From an uncultured Desulfocapsa sp. (GTDB lineage Bacteria > Desulfobacterota > Desulfobulbia > Desulfobulbales > Desulfocapsaceae): DNA of 64,000 nucleotides. Positions 49,419 through 59,827 of the stretch are shown here, in pieces. Every line of letters begins with the position of its first letter. Position 1 is the first letter of the stretch. The stretch spans positions 382 to 64,381 of the forward strand of contig CAMZKT010000029.1 in NCBI GenBank assembly GCA_947311435.1. Reading direction: 5' to 3'. Both the position numbers and the translations under genes were made by a program. The notes under the pieces were generated by a model, which worked only from the letters and a program-made list of their open reading frames with translations, did no database searches and had not been told where the DNA came from.

Positions 49419-50305
49419 GCACCTTGAAGAACAAAACATCTTTCCTGTTATTCCTGTTTCTCTATGCGCTTGTCCTCGGCAGTGTATTGATTTATTTTCG
49501 TTTTCCTGCTGATAAACTTGTCATTTACTGCGAAAGGAGTTTCTCCAGGCTCATGCCGGGCACTGAGTTCAGCATTGATCAAATCCATTACAGCTTCCCT
49601 TTCAGTCTTGCCCTGGACACACTCAAAGCCAATAAGAAGACAAATGACAAACAGGAGCTTTTCACAATCGACAGAGTCCTCATCAGCCCTGTTTTTTCGG
49701 CTCCTACATCTCAGTTCCAGATAAAGCTTGATGCCTTCTCCGGAGTTCATGGCTTTTCCCTGATACTAGGTCCTGAAGAAAAGGAGTTCACCCTTAAAGA
49801 TATCAAGCTGACTCACCTTGACCCCGCCCGTATCCCCTTCCTTGAACGGGCCACTAAAAGAAAAATAACCGGCAGTATTGATGCAACCGGGGAATATCAC
49901 GCTGTCTGGGAAAATGACAGATATAGCACAAAAGGTACAGGACAGCTTACTCTGGAAAAAGGTACTTTCGACCTCCTACTTCCCATTTTCTCGTTAAATT
50001 CCATTAACCTGAAAAAATTCAGCACCGATTTTACTCTTGCGAACAACACCCTCAGATGCAGCAATGGTCTCTTTCACGGCAAAGAGTTAAAAGGTGATTT
50101 TTCAGGAAGTATTTTATTTAACTCAGCACTTAAAGATGGAAGAGTTTCTTTTTCAGGAGAGCTGGAACCATTACCACCTCTCCTGAAAAAAAGCACACAC
50201 GCAAAAAAAATGATCCTTCTCCTTAAAAAACAACGTAAACGCGGCACAGTCCCCTTTCTCCTCAAGGGAACAGTACAAAAACCTCGTTTTACTTTTGAAA
50301 CCTGA
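49415..50305 (+). CDS. gspN: T2SS protein GspN
   Basis: YFRFPADKL after a TM, beta-rich body, terminal LKGTVQKP. Confidence 0.8.
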   Translation: MSTLKNKTSFLLFLFLYALVLGSVLIYFRFPADKLVIYCERSFSRLMPGTEFSIDQIHYSFPFSLALDTLKANKKTNDKQELFTIDRVLISPVFSAPTSQFQIKLDAFSGVHGFSLILGPEEKEFTLKDIKLTHLDPARIPFLERATKRKITGSIDATGEYHAVWENDRYSTKGTGQLTLEKGTFDLLLPIFSLNSINLKKFSTDFTLANNTLRCSNGLFHGKELKGDFSGSILFNSALKDGRVSFSGELEPLPPLLKKSTHAKKMILLLKKQRKRGTVPFLLKGTVQKPRFTFET

Positions 50306-50314
50306 CCAGCAACT

Positions 50315-50977
50315 ATGTCCAAGCCTTCTTCCACCATTGTTTCATTTATTCTGGTAACCTGTCTTGTTGTAGGAGGCGTTGAAATCCTTTGCAGAAATCT
50401 TAGACAGATGCTCGAGGTGGACAGGCCGGCAGACCTGAAAACACAAGTTCCTGACTACACCAACATACGTGAACCCAGAAAATCTTCTGCTGCGCAGGTC
50501 ACAAAACGATCACAAATCAGGAAAAAGGATACTTATTCGGTAATCACCAGAAGGAGCCTCTTTGGCAAAATAGAACAGAAGGAAGTCAAGACAAAAGCCC
50601 CCCCACAAGAACCGCTTGAGACCACATCCCTGGACTTGGTACTACTCGGCACGATAAGCGGTGACAGCAATACCCAGCGGGCATTTATCCGACAGAGAAA
50701 AAACAAACGGCAAGACATCTACTATAAAGGCGACGCAATAGGTCCTGCCATAATTAAAGAAGTGCAACGCGGAAAAGTAATTCTTACGGTCAACGGTAAA
50801 GATGAAATTTTGCTTATGGAAGAACTCAAAAGCAGCCAGGTACCAGACAGAGCAAAACCACCGAAACCTAAGAAAGTAGTTCGCCCCCCTCAGGAACCTG
50901 AGAAAACAACCAGAAAGGCTGCTCCCCTTCGAAAAATGACTTTCAAGGCTGACAATACCCAGGAAACAGACCAATGA
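50315..50977 (+). CDS. gspC: T2SS protein GspC (no PDZ)
   Basis: TM, RRSLFG, LVLLGTISG..RAFI..QDIYYKGD HR domain. Confidence 0.82.
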   Translation: MSKPSSTIVSFILVTCLVVGGVEILCRNLRQMLEVDRPADLKTQVPDYTNIREPRKSSAAQVTKRSQIRKKDTYSVITRRSLFGKIEQKEVKTKAPPQEPLETTSLDLVLLGTISGDSNTQRAFIRQRKNKRQDIYYKGDAIGPAIIKEVQRGKVILTVNGKDEILLMEELKSSQVPDRAKPPKPKKVVRPPQEPEKTTRKAAPLRKMTFKADNTQETDQ

Positions 50978-53265
50978 TCTCTCTTCGTACCAGAACTCGT
51001 TCATACACAGCAGGATTACTGCTGCTCATTCTCTGCTATCACACCTTAATGAACAGCGCTTTCTCAATGGCCTCTGACACTCCTCAAAAGATGCCCGCCA
51101 CGCCCTCGTCTGTGCAAAAAGCCCAACGCTACATCACCATAGATTTTGACAAGGTGGACATCCTTCTTTTTATTAAATACATCAGTGAACTTACGGGAAA
51201 AAACTTCATCATAGACAAGGCCGTCAAGGGAAGTGTCTCCATTATTTCACCTACTAAAATCTCGGAAAAGGACGCCTATCAGGTGTTTGAATCAGTGCTT
51301 GCTGTGAATGGTTTCACCACCGTTCAGGCAGGTGTCATAACAAAAATCATGCCTTCAGTAAGGGCTCGTACAGAGAATATTGATACTCTGCACCATGGAG
51401 ATATCTCCAGACCAGAGGATAAAATTGTTACCCAGCTCATCCCCCTTGTCCATACAACCCCGACAGAAATGAAAAAAGTCCTGTCTCCGCTTGTTTCCAA
51501 GACTTCGGTGGTTATTGCCCACACCCAGTCTGGTATACTGATCGTTACTGACACTCTTTCCAATATTCAAAAGCTTCTCTCCATCATAAAAGCACTTGAT
51601 GTGGATTATTCCAGTGATGAATTAGAGGTAATCCCCCTTTCACATGCAACAGCGGCGACCATAGCCAGAACCATTAACGCAATTTTTCAGCGCACAGCCA
51701 TACCCAAAAAAGGTTCCATATCCAATGCCGGAGTGAAAGTGGTTCCCTATGATCGGATCAATGCCCTTATTGTCATGGCCGGCCCTGGAGATATTCTGCG
51801 GGTCAAACGCCTTGTGGCCATGCTGGATACAAAGCCGGAAAAAGATGAAGGAAATATTCGAGTAGTCTATCTACAAAATGCCACAGCCAAGGAATTGGCC
51901 GCTGTTCTCACCAGTCTACCTGGTCAACAGACAAGCAAACTAAAAGGCCCCGGGAAAGCACCTGCTATTTCAAAAGATGTTAAAATAATGCCCGATGAAG
52001 AGACAAACTCTCTGATCATCACCGCATCCCGCTCAGAATTCATGGTCCTGGAAAGTGTTATAAAAAAACTCGATATTCCAAGACGTATGGTGTATCTCGA
52101 AGCACTGATTCTTGAGGTGGACACTGAAAGCAACTTTAACGTGGGTGTTAAATGGTTGGGAATAGGTGGATACGCTGATGACACAGGTGCCATGATTGGC
52201 GGTTTTGGAGGAGACTCTGGCTTTGACATAGGTGATGCGATCAATACCACGGTTGGTAAAGGCTTTACTCTTGGCGTCCTGCAACAGGGCATAAAAATTG
52301 GAGGGATTACATTCCCTAATATTGCTGCTGTTCTCAAGGCATATAAAAACGACTCCAGCATAAATATAATTGCGACGCCACAGATCCTAACGACAGACAA
52401 TAAAGAAGCAAAAATCAGCGTTGGAGAAAACATCCCATATCTTAGTACTGCAAACACCGCTGACAACGCAGAAAGGGGCTACGAAAATTATGAATACAAG
52501 GATGTTGCCACCACCTTGACTATCACTCCTCAAATCAACCAGGCCGACACTCTCCGCCTTGAAATAGCAACAGAGGTCAGTAAAATAAAATCGTTGGGTG
52601 AAGGAGGAGTCCGCCCCACCACCTTTAAACGAACTGCAACAACTACGGTATTGGTTCAGGATGCTGATACCATTGTCATTGGCGGAATTATTGGCCATGA
52701 TGCAACCGAAGGTGGTTCACAGGTGCCACTTTTGGGCGACATTCCTGTTCTCGGCTGGCTTTTTAAAAACCGAGCCGATACGCACAGGAAAACAAATATG
52801 TTCATCTTTATCACACCTCATATTGTTAAAAACCCCGCAGACATGGCCAGCATCACCCTGGCTAAGGAAGAACAACTGGACAAGGTGATGCCCGCAGTAA
52901 AAGAACAGCTCCACCAACAAATCAATCTTGATCATGCCATGAGGCTCTCCGATCTTGGCTTTCAAAAACTACAGGAAGAAAATTATCCACAGGCAAGCGA
53001 ATTCTTCAAAAAAGCACTGGAAGTTAATCCAGATTCTCCCTATGCGCTGATGAATCTCGGAACCATATGCGAGCGCCAGGGAGACATCAAAGGGGCTTTG
53101 GACTATTACCAGAAAGTCATAGATACTCCTCTCAATACTGCTGAAGAGGGTGATACTGAAGGCAGAGGTCTCAAAAAGAATCCACTTACACAAATATGTA
53201 AAAAGAATATTAAACGGCTCCTTAAACAACAGGATACCTGGCCATATCCAGAAAATGTTGAGTAG
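50974..53265 (+). CDS. gspD: T2SS secretin GspD with C-terminal TPR extension
   Basis: IDFDKVDI, N-domains, LDIPRRMVYLEALILEV, VPLLGDIPVLGWLF, FITPHIV, then TPRs. Confidence 0.95.
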   Translation: MISLRTRTRSYTAGLLLLILCYHTLMNSAFSMASDTPQKMPATPSSVQKAQRYITIDFDKVDILLFIKYISELTGKNFIIDKAVKGSVSIISPTKISEKDAYQVFESVLAVNGFTTVQAGVITKIMPSVRARTENIDTLHHGDISRPEDKIVTQLIPLVHTTPTEMKKVLSPLVSKTSVVIAHTQSGILIVTDTLSNIQKLLSIIKALDVDYSSDELEVIPLSHATAATIARTINAIFQRTAIPKKGSISNAGVKVVPYDRINALIVMAGPGDILRVKRLVAMLDTKPEKDEGNIRVVYLQNATAKELAAVLTSLPGQQTSKLKGPGKAPAISKDVKIMPDEETNSLIITASRSEFMVLESVIKKLDIPRRMVYLEALILEVDTESNFNVGVKWLGIGGYADDTGAMIGGFGGDSGFDIGDAINTTVGKGFTLGVLQQGIKIGGITFPNIAAVLKAYKNDSSINIIATPQILTTDNKEAKISVGENIPYLSTANTADNAERGYENYEYKDVATTLTITPQINQADTLRLEIATEVSKIKSLGEGGVRPTTFKRTATTTVLVQDADTIVIGGIIGHDATEGGSQVPLLGDIPVLGWLFKNRADTHRKTNMFIFITPHIVKNPADMASITLAKEEQLDKVMPAVKEQLHQQINLDHAMRLSDLGFQKLQEENYPQASEFFKKALEVNPDSPYALMNLGTICERQGDIKGALDYYQKVIDTPLNTAEEGDTEGRGLKKNPLTQICKKNIKRLLKQQDTWPYPENVE

Positions 53266-53277
53266 AAATAGGTAATA

Positions 53278-54963
53278 ATGCTACAATCTGAAAAGTTTTT
53301 CATTGAAACACTTGGGCTTCCACCAGAAGAAGTACAGCAGGCTTTTGCACTTCATCGGGAAAAAGGCAGCTCACTGGTAGGTTCTTTTGCTCATAAAAAT
53401 GTTGAAAGTGAGCTGACCCTTCTCCAAAAAATTAGTCAGAAGCTGGAGATGGAATATACTTTCTCTCTCCCGGCTGATATCCAGACGGATTTCACCGCAA
53501 CTGTCCCCATAGCTTTTCTCAAAAAACACATCATTGTTCCAATTACCACAGGAGACGATGCCTTCATTGCCATTAACGATCCGTTTAACTATCAGGCAAG
53601 CGATGAGCTCCGTCATCTTCTGAACCAGCATGGAATACGCCAAATACTCTGTCCGAAAGCGGCCATAATCTCAGCTATTAACTTTGCCTATGACATGACC
53701 CAGAATACAGCAGAAGAGGTTATGCAGGATATTGATGAGGAAGATCCGGAAGCTCTTTTTACTGAAATCGAGGAGACAGGAGATCTCCTTGATGACACCA
53801 GTGACTCACCTGTTATTCGACTTGTCAACCTGATGTTTTCTCAGGCAGTACGTGATAAGGCATCAGATATCCATATTGAGCCCTACCAGAATTCTCTGAA
53901 AATCAGGCAAAGACTCGATGGCATTCTCTATAATATGCTCAGTCCGCCCAAACATGTTCAATCAGCTCTCATCTCAAGAATCAAGGTGATGGCCAAATTG
54001 AACATAGCAGAAAAACGTCTCCCCCAGGATGGGCGTATCGAGCTGAAAGTCGGAAACAAGGAAGTGGACATCCGTGTATCCACTCTACCAACTGCCTTTG
54101 GGGAACGCGTGGTACTGCGACTACTGGATAAATCTTCTGTGCTCCTCTCGCTCACAGACCTTGGCATGCCCGCCGACCGCTTTGCCCCGTTTCAGGAACA
54201 GATAAAAGCAGCAAACGGGATTGTTCTCGTTACCGGCCCCACGGGAAGTGGTAAAACCACCACTTTATATGCAGCACTGACTTCCATCAACAATACTGAC
54301 ATCAACATCATCACCGTTGAGGATCCAATTGAGTACAGAATCAGTGGTATTGGTCAGGTTCAGGTCAACCCGAAAATTGATCTCACCTTTGCATCCGGTC
54401 TGCGTTCCATTGTTCGCCAAGACCCAGATGTCATTCTCGTTGGTGAAATCCGCGACAGCGAAACTGCTAAAATAGCAATACAATCTTCACTTACAGGGCA
54501 TCTTGTTTTCTCCACTCTTCACACCAACGACTCAGCGAGTGCTATTACACGCCTCATTGATATGGGTATAGAGCCCTTTCTTATTGCCTCCTCCATTAAT
54601 GCTATCCTGGCTCAGCGTCTGGTTCGTATCATCTGTCCAAATTGTAAAGAAAAATACACTCCCGATCCTGACGCAATGAAGAAACTAGGGCTTTCAGAAG
54701 AAGAAATGGAAGGAAAAATGGTGTATCGCGGAAAAGGGTGCGCCAAATGCCATCATACAGGATTTAAAGGACGCTGTGGAATCTTTGAGCTCTTACTAAT
54801 GAATCAGGAGATGAAACATCTTGTATTGAACACCGCCAATTCCAACTCCATAAAGGAGCTGGGAGTAAAACACGGCATGATAACTCTTCGCCGTGATGGA
54901 GCAGACAAGGTATTGAATGGCATCACAACAATCGAAGAAGTATTCCGTGTTTCTCAGGAATAA
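53278..54963 (+). CDS. gspE: T2SS ATPase GspE
   Basis: ASDIHIEP, EKRLPQDGR, GPTGSGKT, EDPIEY, RQDPD, CPNC/CAKC. Confidence 0.96.
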   Translation: MLQSEKFFIETLGLPPEEVQQAFALHREKGSSLVGSFAHKNVESELTLLQKISQKLEMEYTFSLPADIQTDFTATVPIAFLKKHIIVPITTGDDAFIAINDPFNYQASDELRHLLNQHGIRQILCPKAAIISAINFAYDMTQNTAEEVMQDIDEEDPEALFTEIEETGDLLDDTSDSPVIRLVNLMFSQAVRDKASDIHIEPYQNSLKIRQRLDGILYNMLSPPKHVQSALISRIKVMAKLNIAEKRLPQDGRIELKVGNKEVDIRVSTLPTAFGERVVLRLLDKSSVLLSLTDLGMPADRFAPFQEQIKAANGIVLVTGPTGSGKTTTLYAALTSINNTDINIITVEDPIEYRISGIGQVQVNPKIDLTFASGLRSIVRQDPDVILVGEIRDSETAKIAIQSSLTGHLVFSTLHTNDSASAITRLIDMGIEPFLIASSINAILAQRLVRIICPNCKEKYTPDPDAMKKLGLSEEEMEGKMVYRGKGCAKCHHTGFKGRCGIFELLLMNQEMKHLVLNTANSNSIKELGVKHGMITLRRDGADKVLNGITTIEEVFRVSQE

Positions 54964-55027
54964 ACATCCCTGGCACAGGAAGTAGAGCACTGCTAAAAGT
55001 TACGAAAGCTACATGCAGTCTGCTCAA

Positions 55028-57526
55028 TCACAAAACGACTTTCCGTCCCGACTTCAAACACCACAAGCCAAAAAACAAAAAAGTACCCGCCAGAATGGCA
55101 AACAACACTCCTAGAATAGGTCCTAGATTCAGAACTATATAACTCCCGACTACAAACGGCATTAATAGCACCCGAACAAATGGACGTAAAATCGGAAAAT
55201 CATCGACCACCTTTGCAAAAGAAGGTGAATACTGATAATAGGTTCCAATAAGCGCCCTACCCAGAGAAAACTGATTAAGAAATCTATCCCTAAACTCTCG
55301 TAGAATGGTCACATGCGGATGGGCAAGTGAACCATATGCCGCAGTGGCAATAAAACAGGCATCCTTTGTTTCAAAAGTGAGCTGATTCCCATAATAGACT
55401 GTGCCACTGGAAGTAACCGCATACGCTCGAAGATAATAACGAGTTCCAATAGAAAGCTCTTTAATGATGGAACTATAGGAGCCGATTCCGGATCCATTTT
55501 CTGTTTTTCCATTCTCAACAGGATCAACAGCCCCTGGGATTGTCAATTTCTTTGTTTCAGGATTTAGGGATGCACCAGTCATTAGCTGTGTTACTTTAGC
55601 CCCGGAAACTGCCTTGCTGTCGCCTGCTGAAGCAACCGAAAACTCAATGGGAAAATCTTTTTGATTCGTTGCTAGTGTCGTATTATTTCTACAACGAATA
55701 GAATATTTATACTGTTTCCCATCGCTCAATCCGGACACATTCTGCTTATGGGTTACTGAATTTGTTGTGGACATTTTATCCATAGTAGCAAAGGTGAGGC
55801 CGCTTGCTGAAAGTTTATAGCGACATTCAGCTGTAACATCTGTACTAACGGAAAGAATTGTCGATGTGGTTCCAGCCGATAATTGTCCACTAGGCTTGGC
55901 ATTTGAAATCATGGGCCCTACAGTCCCCGGTTGAGGATCAGGCTTACTCGGGTCTGTGGCACCTGATACCAGAGGGTACGGAGCAATACTGTAAACAACC
56001 CCCCGAGAAGTAAAAGACAGTCCAGAACCGGGAAGAATAGTACCACCTGTAAATGCGCTGTTTCTGGTAATTTCCGTTACCGGTGTGGTCACAATAAAGG
56101 CACTCGTGGCACCAGAACTTTTTACTGAGGCTGTAGCCTCATCTCCAGATTTATATCGTGCAATTGCAAAACTTTTCAACCTATCATCACCACTTGAACC
56201 AACAAGTACGATTTTATTATCTTCTTGTACAGCCACGCTGTATGCCGTATCGTCAAAAGAACTGATGGCCGTTGTCGTAACAGATATCTCAGGAATATTT
56301 GTAGCTTCTATGCGTTTTAAAACCTCAGAGTCCACGTAGCGTTGTTCAACAATTTGTTCTCCAATGTGTAAGTTGCCTTCCTTGGTTCCATTTTCATTTG
56401 CATTCAACTGAGGAGCTTCCTGGCCAAATGAATACCTCAACAGAACAAAGTCTTTCAAGCCATTTGTGGTCGCATAACCGCCGACGACAACCCCGTCTGG
56501 AACTGAAACGATATCGTAGACACCGTCAGCTTCACCGTTAATATCACGGCTCACCATTCCTTTGACACCAAAAGAAGGATCATATAGTCCTTGAGCCGAA
56601 AAACGAAACAATGCGATATCCTGGCTGCGTCCTCTTCCCATAGATCCGGCAACCAGTATATCACCATTCTCCTGCTGAGTAATTGACGTTGCAGCAGTTT
56701 CCATTGTATAAATGGGCTCAACATCCGCTGCTCCAGCAAGGCCAAAGGCCAAGTCAGGCAACCCACTACTCAAGTAGCGCCTGAGAAGAAGTGTTTTCCT
56801 GCCATCCTCGTCTCTGGAAAACCCACTCACAAGTATTCCGCCATCTTCCTGAATCAACAAGTCATAGATAACTGACTCCTGTTCTCCATCAGAAAAAACA
56901 ACCCCCTCATGACCAAAGGATGTGTCCAGCGAGCCATCACTCGCGATACGAAGCACGGCTGCCACCCCACCGGATGTTCCACCAATGAGAATTGAGCCGT
57001 CTTCCTGGACGGCAAGGGTATGGATTGCGTCATCTCCGCTTCCCATGGGTAAGCTTACTATCCCTCCGAGCCCAAAACCCATATCGAGGCTGCCGTCTTC
57101 ATTATATCGTACCAATGCGAAATCAGTATCCAGACCGTTGTAGCTATATCCGGCAACGACAACTTTCCCGTCCGTTTGGAGGGCTATTGCCTGCGCCTCG
57201 TCGTCCTCACTGCCAATTTGAGTGGTGAGGAGCCCATCAAAGTTAAAACTTTTATCAAGGCTTCCATCCTCACGATATCGGGCAACGGAAAAATCGAGAT
57301 TGGAGCCGTTACCTGAAACACCAGCCACCAGTATCCTCTGATTTTTATCTATGATCACTGCCCGGGCAGAATCCCCAAAATGGTCAAGCGATGTGATAAC
57401 CACACCATCAGCACCAAATGTGGCATCAAGATCATCGGCCCACGACGATGGGATAAACACAAAGGAAGAGAGAAGTGTTAAAAAAGTCACAAGGGCGAGA
57501 AGTTTTCGAGTTCGCATCAGATTCAC
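55028..57526 (-). CDS. Exported delta-60-repeat protein with FN3-like domains and CFI-box-CTERM tail
   Basis: Repeats Q.DGKVVVAG...FALVRYNEDGSLD..FG; C-terminal CFIATAAYGS...LREFRD...YY..SP + TM. Confidence 0.85.
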   Translation of the reverse strand: MNLMRTRKLLALVTFLTLLSSFVFIPSSWADDLDATFGADGVVITSLDHFGDSARAVIIDKNQRILVAGVSGNGSNLDFSVARYREDGSLDKSFNFDGLLTTQIGSEDDEAQAIALQTDGKVVVAGYSYNGLDTDFALVRYNEDGSLDMGFGLGGIVSLPMGSGDDAIHTLAVQEDGSILIGGTSGGVAAVLRIASDGSLDTSFGHEGVVFSDGEQESVIYDLLIQEDGGILVSGFSRDEDGRKTLLLRRYLSSGLPDLAFGLAGAADVEPIYTMETAATSITQQENGDILVAGSMGRGRSQDIALFRFSAQGLYDPSFGVKGMVSRDINGEADGVYDIVSVPDGVVVGGYATTNGLKDFVLLRYSFGQEAPQLNANENGTKEGNLHIGEQIVEQRYVDSEVLKRIEATNIPEISVTTTAISSFDDTAYSVAVQEDNKIVLVGSSGDDRLKSFAIARYKSGDEATASVKSSGATSAFIVTTPVTEITRNSAFTGGTILPGSGLSFTSRGVVYSIAPYPLVSGATDPSKPDPQPGTVGPMISNAKPSGQLSAGTTSTILSVSTDVTAECRYKLSASGLTFATMDKMSTTNSVTHKQNVSGLSDGKQYKYSIRCRNNTTLATNQKDFPIEFSVASAGDSKAVSGAKVTQLMTGASLNPETKKLTIPGAVDPVENGKTENGSGIGSYSSIIKELSIGTRYYLRAYAVTSSGTVYYGNQLTFETKDACFIATAAYGSLAHPHVTILREFRDRFLNQFSLGRALIGTYYQYSPSFAKVVDDFPILRPFVRVLLMPFVVGSYIVLNLGPILGVLFAILAGTFLFFGLWCLKSGRKVVL

Positions 57527-57673
57527 TCTTATTCATTGGAGTAATAGTTAGCTAACGATGGGTAATCCAAGATATCAACGTAAAAATATACACTTTATTT
57601 ACGTTCTTGGCAAATTTTTGAAGCTTGCCCGCAAAGCTCCTGTTCTCATGCCTCGGATTTGGATGGTCTGCCT

Positions 57674-59779
57674 CTACCTGGATTTATCCTGCATATAGAC
57701 AATCAGTAAGGTTTTCTGAATATTTTTTACCAAAGTTTCTGCAAGTGAGCCAAAAAAGAATTTCTTTATGGCAGGCTCACGGGTGGCTCCGATGACCACC
57801 AAATCACATTTTTCTGATTCTGCAAGAATTGTCTCGACCCGGGAATCGGTCTTAATCACATTTACAGTCACACTGACCTCCTGTTCCTGATCTGCAAGCC
57901 AGCGACACAATTCCTGCTCTTTTTGTAATAGGATTGTATCCGGTTCTTCGGAATCAAAAAGATAGAGCAGCTTCACCTGGTGCTCTCCTATAAGGCCAAG
58001 AGCAAGCACTACCGGATGAAGCTCCTCAAGATCAGCCAGGCTGAGAATGGGAACCAAAATTCGTTCTGTATGAACCTGGCCGAAAAATCGAACCACAAGT
58101 ACCGGACAACTTACATTATCAGCAACGACACCAAGTACATCTCCATTAGCCTTCGAAGGATACCCAAGAACCATCAGCTTTGCACTATTGTACTCAATGG
58201 CTGCCACTAATCCACTGGCCACAGACAGGTCGGGTACCACTTCACTGACCATTGGATATCCCATGCTTGTAACTTCTTTCAACTCACGATGAAATAAGCT
58301 TGGCAGGTTTGCGTCATCTCCTGGTTCTACGACACGTATCGCCATGGGAAGACAACGAAAATGATGCGCAAAAATAGTGGCAAACCGTGCAACACCTGCG
58401 ACATTCGCATCATTTGCTGCTCCAAAAGCCACCACCCCCCGTGATGGTACCTGCGGACTTAACTTTTTCCATGTCCATGGTACCAGTTCTACTTCTCCGG
58501 AAGATTGGATAGGTTCCCCATTTCCACCTGTCCGACCTTCTTTTTCCTGCTGCATCTCCTCGCTGTCCACATGAGCCTCACCAACCTGATGAATAGCAAA
58601 ACGTACGGCAGAAGGCCCAAGAAGTTCAGAAATAAATACTCCGGTAAGTACAACCGGGGTTATCATGACTGAATATTCACTAAGGCCGGGATCACCAGCG
58701 ATAAGAAAAACAAGCCCAATGGCTACTCCTGCCTGCGGAAGCAACCCCATTCCGAGATAACGACCCATGACAACAGGTGCATTGGTAATACGTGAACCAA
58801 GTGCAACTCCACTGATTTTACCACAGATTCTTGCCAGAAAATAAATCCCCCCAAGTACTCCTGCAGCTCCCATTGCCTTTATATCAAGATGTGTGCCGGC
58901 AAGTGTGAAGAATATTACATAAATTGGCGGTTCGAAATCATTCAGTGCCCTGAAAATTCGCACATCCCGTTTAGCCTTGTTCACAAGGATAAAACCTGCC
59001 GCCATACCGGCAAGGAGAGAGGACAGGTTAAGATAGCTTGCGAGTTCACTGCACAACAACAGGAGGGCAAGAGCGCCTGTCATCATCTCTCTTCGTGATT
59101 TCAAGTGACTTAAAACCTGATCAAGAAGGAGCCCAGTCAAGAGTCCGAGGAGTAGAGACTGCCCAATACTGAGGAAACCGTTTAAGAAAACAGTATTTAA
59201 AAGGCCATCTCCAGATAGCCCGGTTATCTGCTGTACAAATGCTATCACAAAGCCAAAAATCATAATAGCAAGAGCATTATCAATCGCAACAATGGCTAAC
59301 AGGCTTGCAGTAAATGGACCCGACGCCTTAATTTCCCTGGTTACCAGAAGTGTTGCCGCAGGAGCAGTTGCAAGGCCAACAGCGGCGAGAAGAAGAGAAA
59401 GGGCTATATAGTTTTTCAACTGCCAGCCATCTACGATAACTCCTGTGAGATGAAGTGTGAGAAACACAGCAGTAAAAACAAAAACAAATGCCCCTAAGGC
59501 CTCACACGCTGAGATCCACGCCACAGTGCGCATCTGTTCGCTCAGTTTTTTGAGTTCTACATGCTCACCAATACCAAAGGAGATGAGCATGAGAGCAATA
59601 CTTGTAAAATGATCGAGGTCAGAACCAACAGAATGAGCATTTATCAAATCAATGCCACTTGGACCCAGTAAGACTCCAGCAACAATATAGCCGGTCACGG
59701 AAGGCAAACGAAAACACTGGCAGATTTTAGCCACCAGAAATCCTGTGGCAAGCAGCAATGCAACACCCAGAGTCGTCAC
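57674..59779 (-). CDS. Cation:proton antiporter with C-terminal universal-stress-protein-like domains
   Basis: LPSVTGYIVAGVLLGPS, ATAPAAT, AIDNA, GLLPQAGVAIG; C-terminal RILVP, DLVVIGA..FFFGS. Confidence 0.88.
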   Translation of the reverse strand: MTTLGVALLLATGFLVAKICQCFRLPSVTGYIVAGVLLGPSGIDLINAHSVGSDLDHFTSIALMLISFGIGEHVELKKLSEQMRTVAWISACEALGAFVFVFTAVFLTLHLTGVIVDGWQLKNYIALSLLLAAVGLATAPAATLLVTREIKASGPFTASLLAIVAIDNALAIMIFGFVIAFVQQITGLSGDGLLNTVFLNGFLSIGQSLLLGLLTGLLLDQVLSHLKSRREMMTGALALLLLCSELASYLNLSSLLAGMAAGFILVNKAKRDVRIFRALNDFEPPIYVIFFTLAGTHLDIKAMGAAGVLGGIYFLARICGKISGVALGSRITNAPVVMGRYLGMGLLPQAGVAIGLVFLIAGDPGLSEYSVMITPVVLTGVFISELLGPSAVRFAIHQVGEAHVDSEEMQQEKEGRTGGNGEPIQSSGEVELVPWTWKKLSPQVPSRGVVAFGAANDANVAGVARFATIFAHHFRCLPMAIRVVEPGDDANLPSLFHRELKEVTSMGYPMVSEVVPDLSVASGLVAAIEYNSAKLMVLGYPSKANGDVLGVVADNVSCPVLVVRFFGQVHTERILVPILSLADLEELHPVVLALGLIGEHQVKLLYLFDSEEPDTILLQKEQELCRWLADQEQEVSVTVNVIKTDSRVETILAESEKCDLVVIGATREPAIKKFFFGSLAETLVKNIQKTLLIVYMQDKSR

Positions 59780-59827
59780 TATTCAGCCACCCGCGACACT
59801 ATCCATTCACCCCACCCAGAGATGCTT

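Noticed and set aside
53278-53420. MshEN c-di-GMP-binding motif at the GspE N-terminus
   Set aside because: The RLG residues are absent; only a degenerate helical pattern remains.
56400-57430. Periodic repeats as a possible CRISPR or DNA repeat array
   Set aside because: The repeats are at protein level (delta-60) with divergent codons; no identical direct repeats with spacers were seen anywhere in the window.
57609-57672. GGCAAA...CGCAAAGC resembling a c-di-GMP-I riboswitch
   Set aside because: It lies on the + strand, antisense to both neighbouring genes, and the P1/P2 stems and GNRA loop are not convincing.
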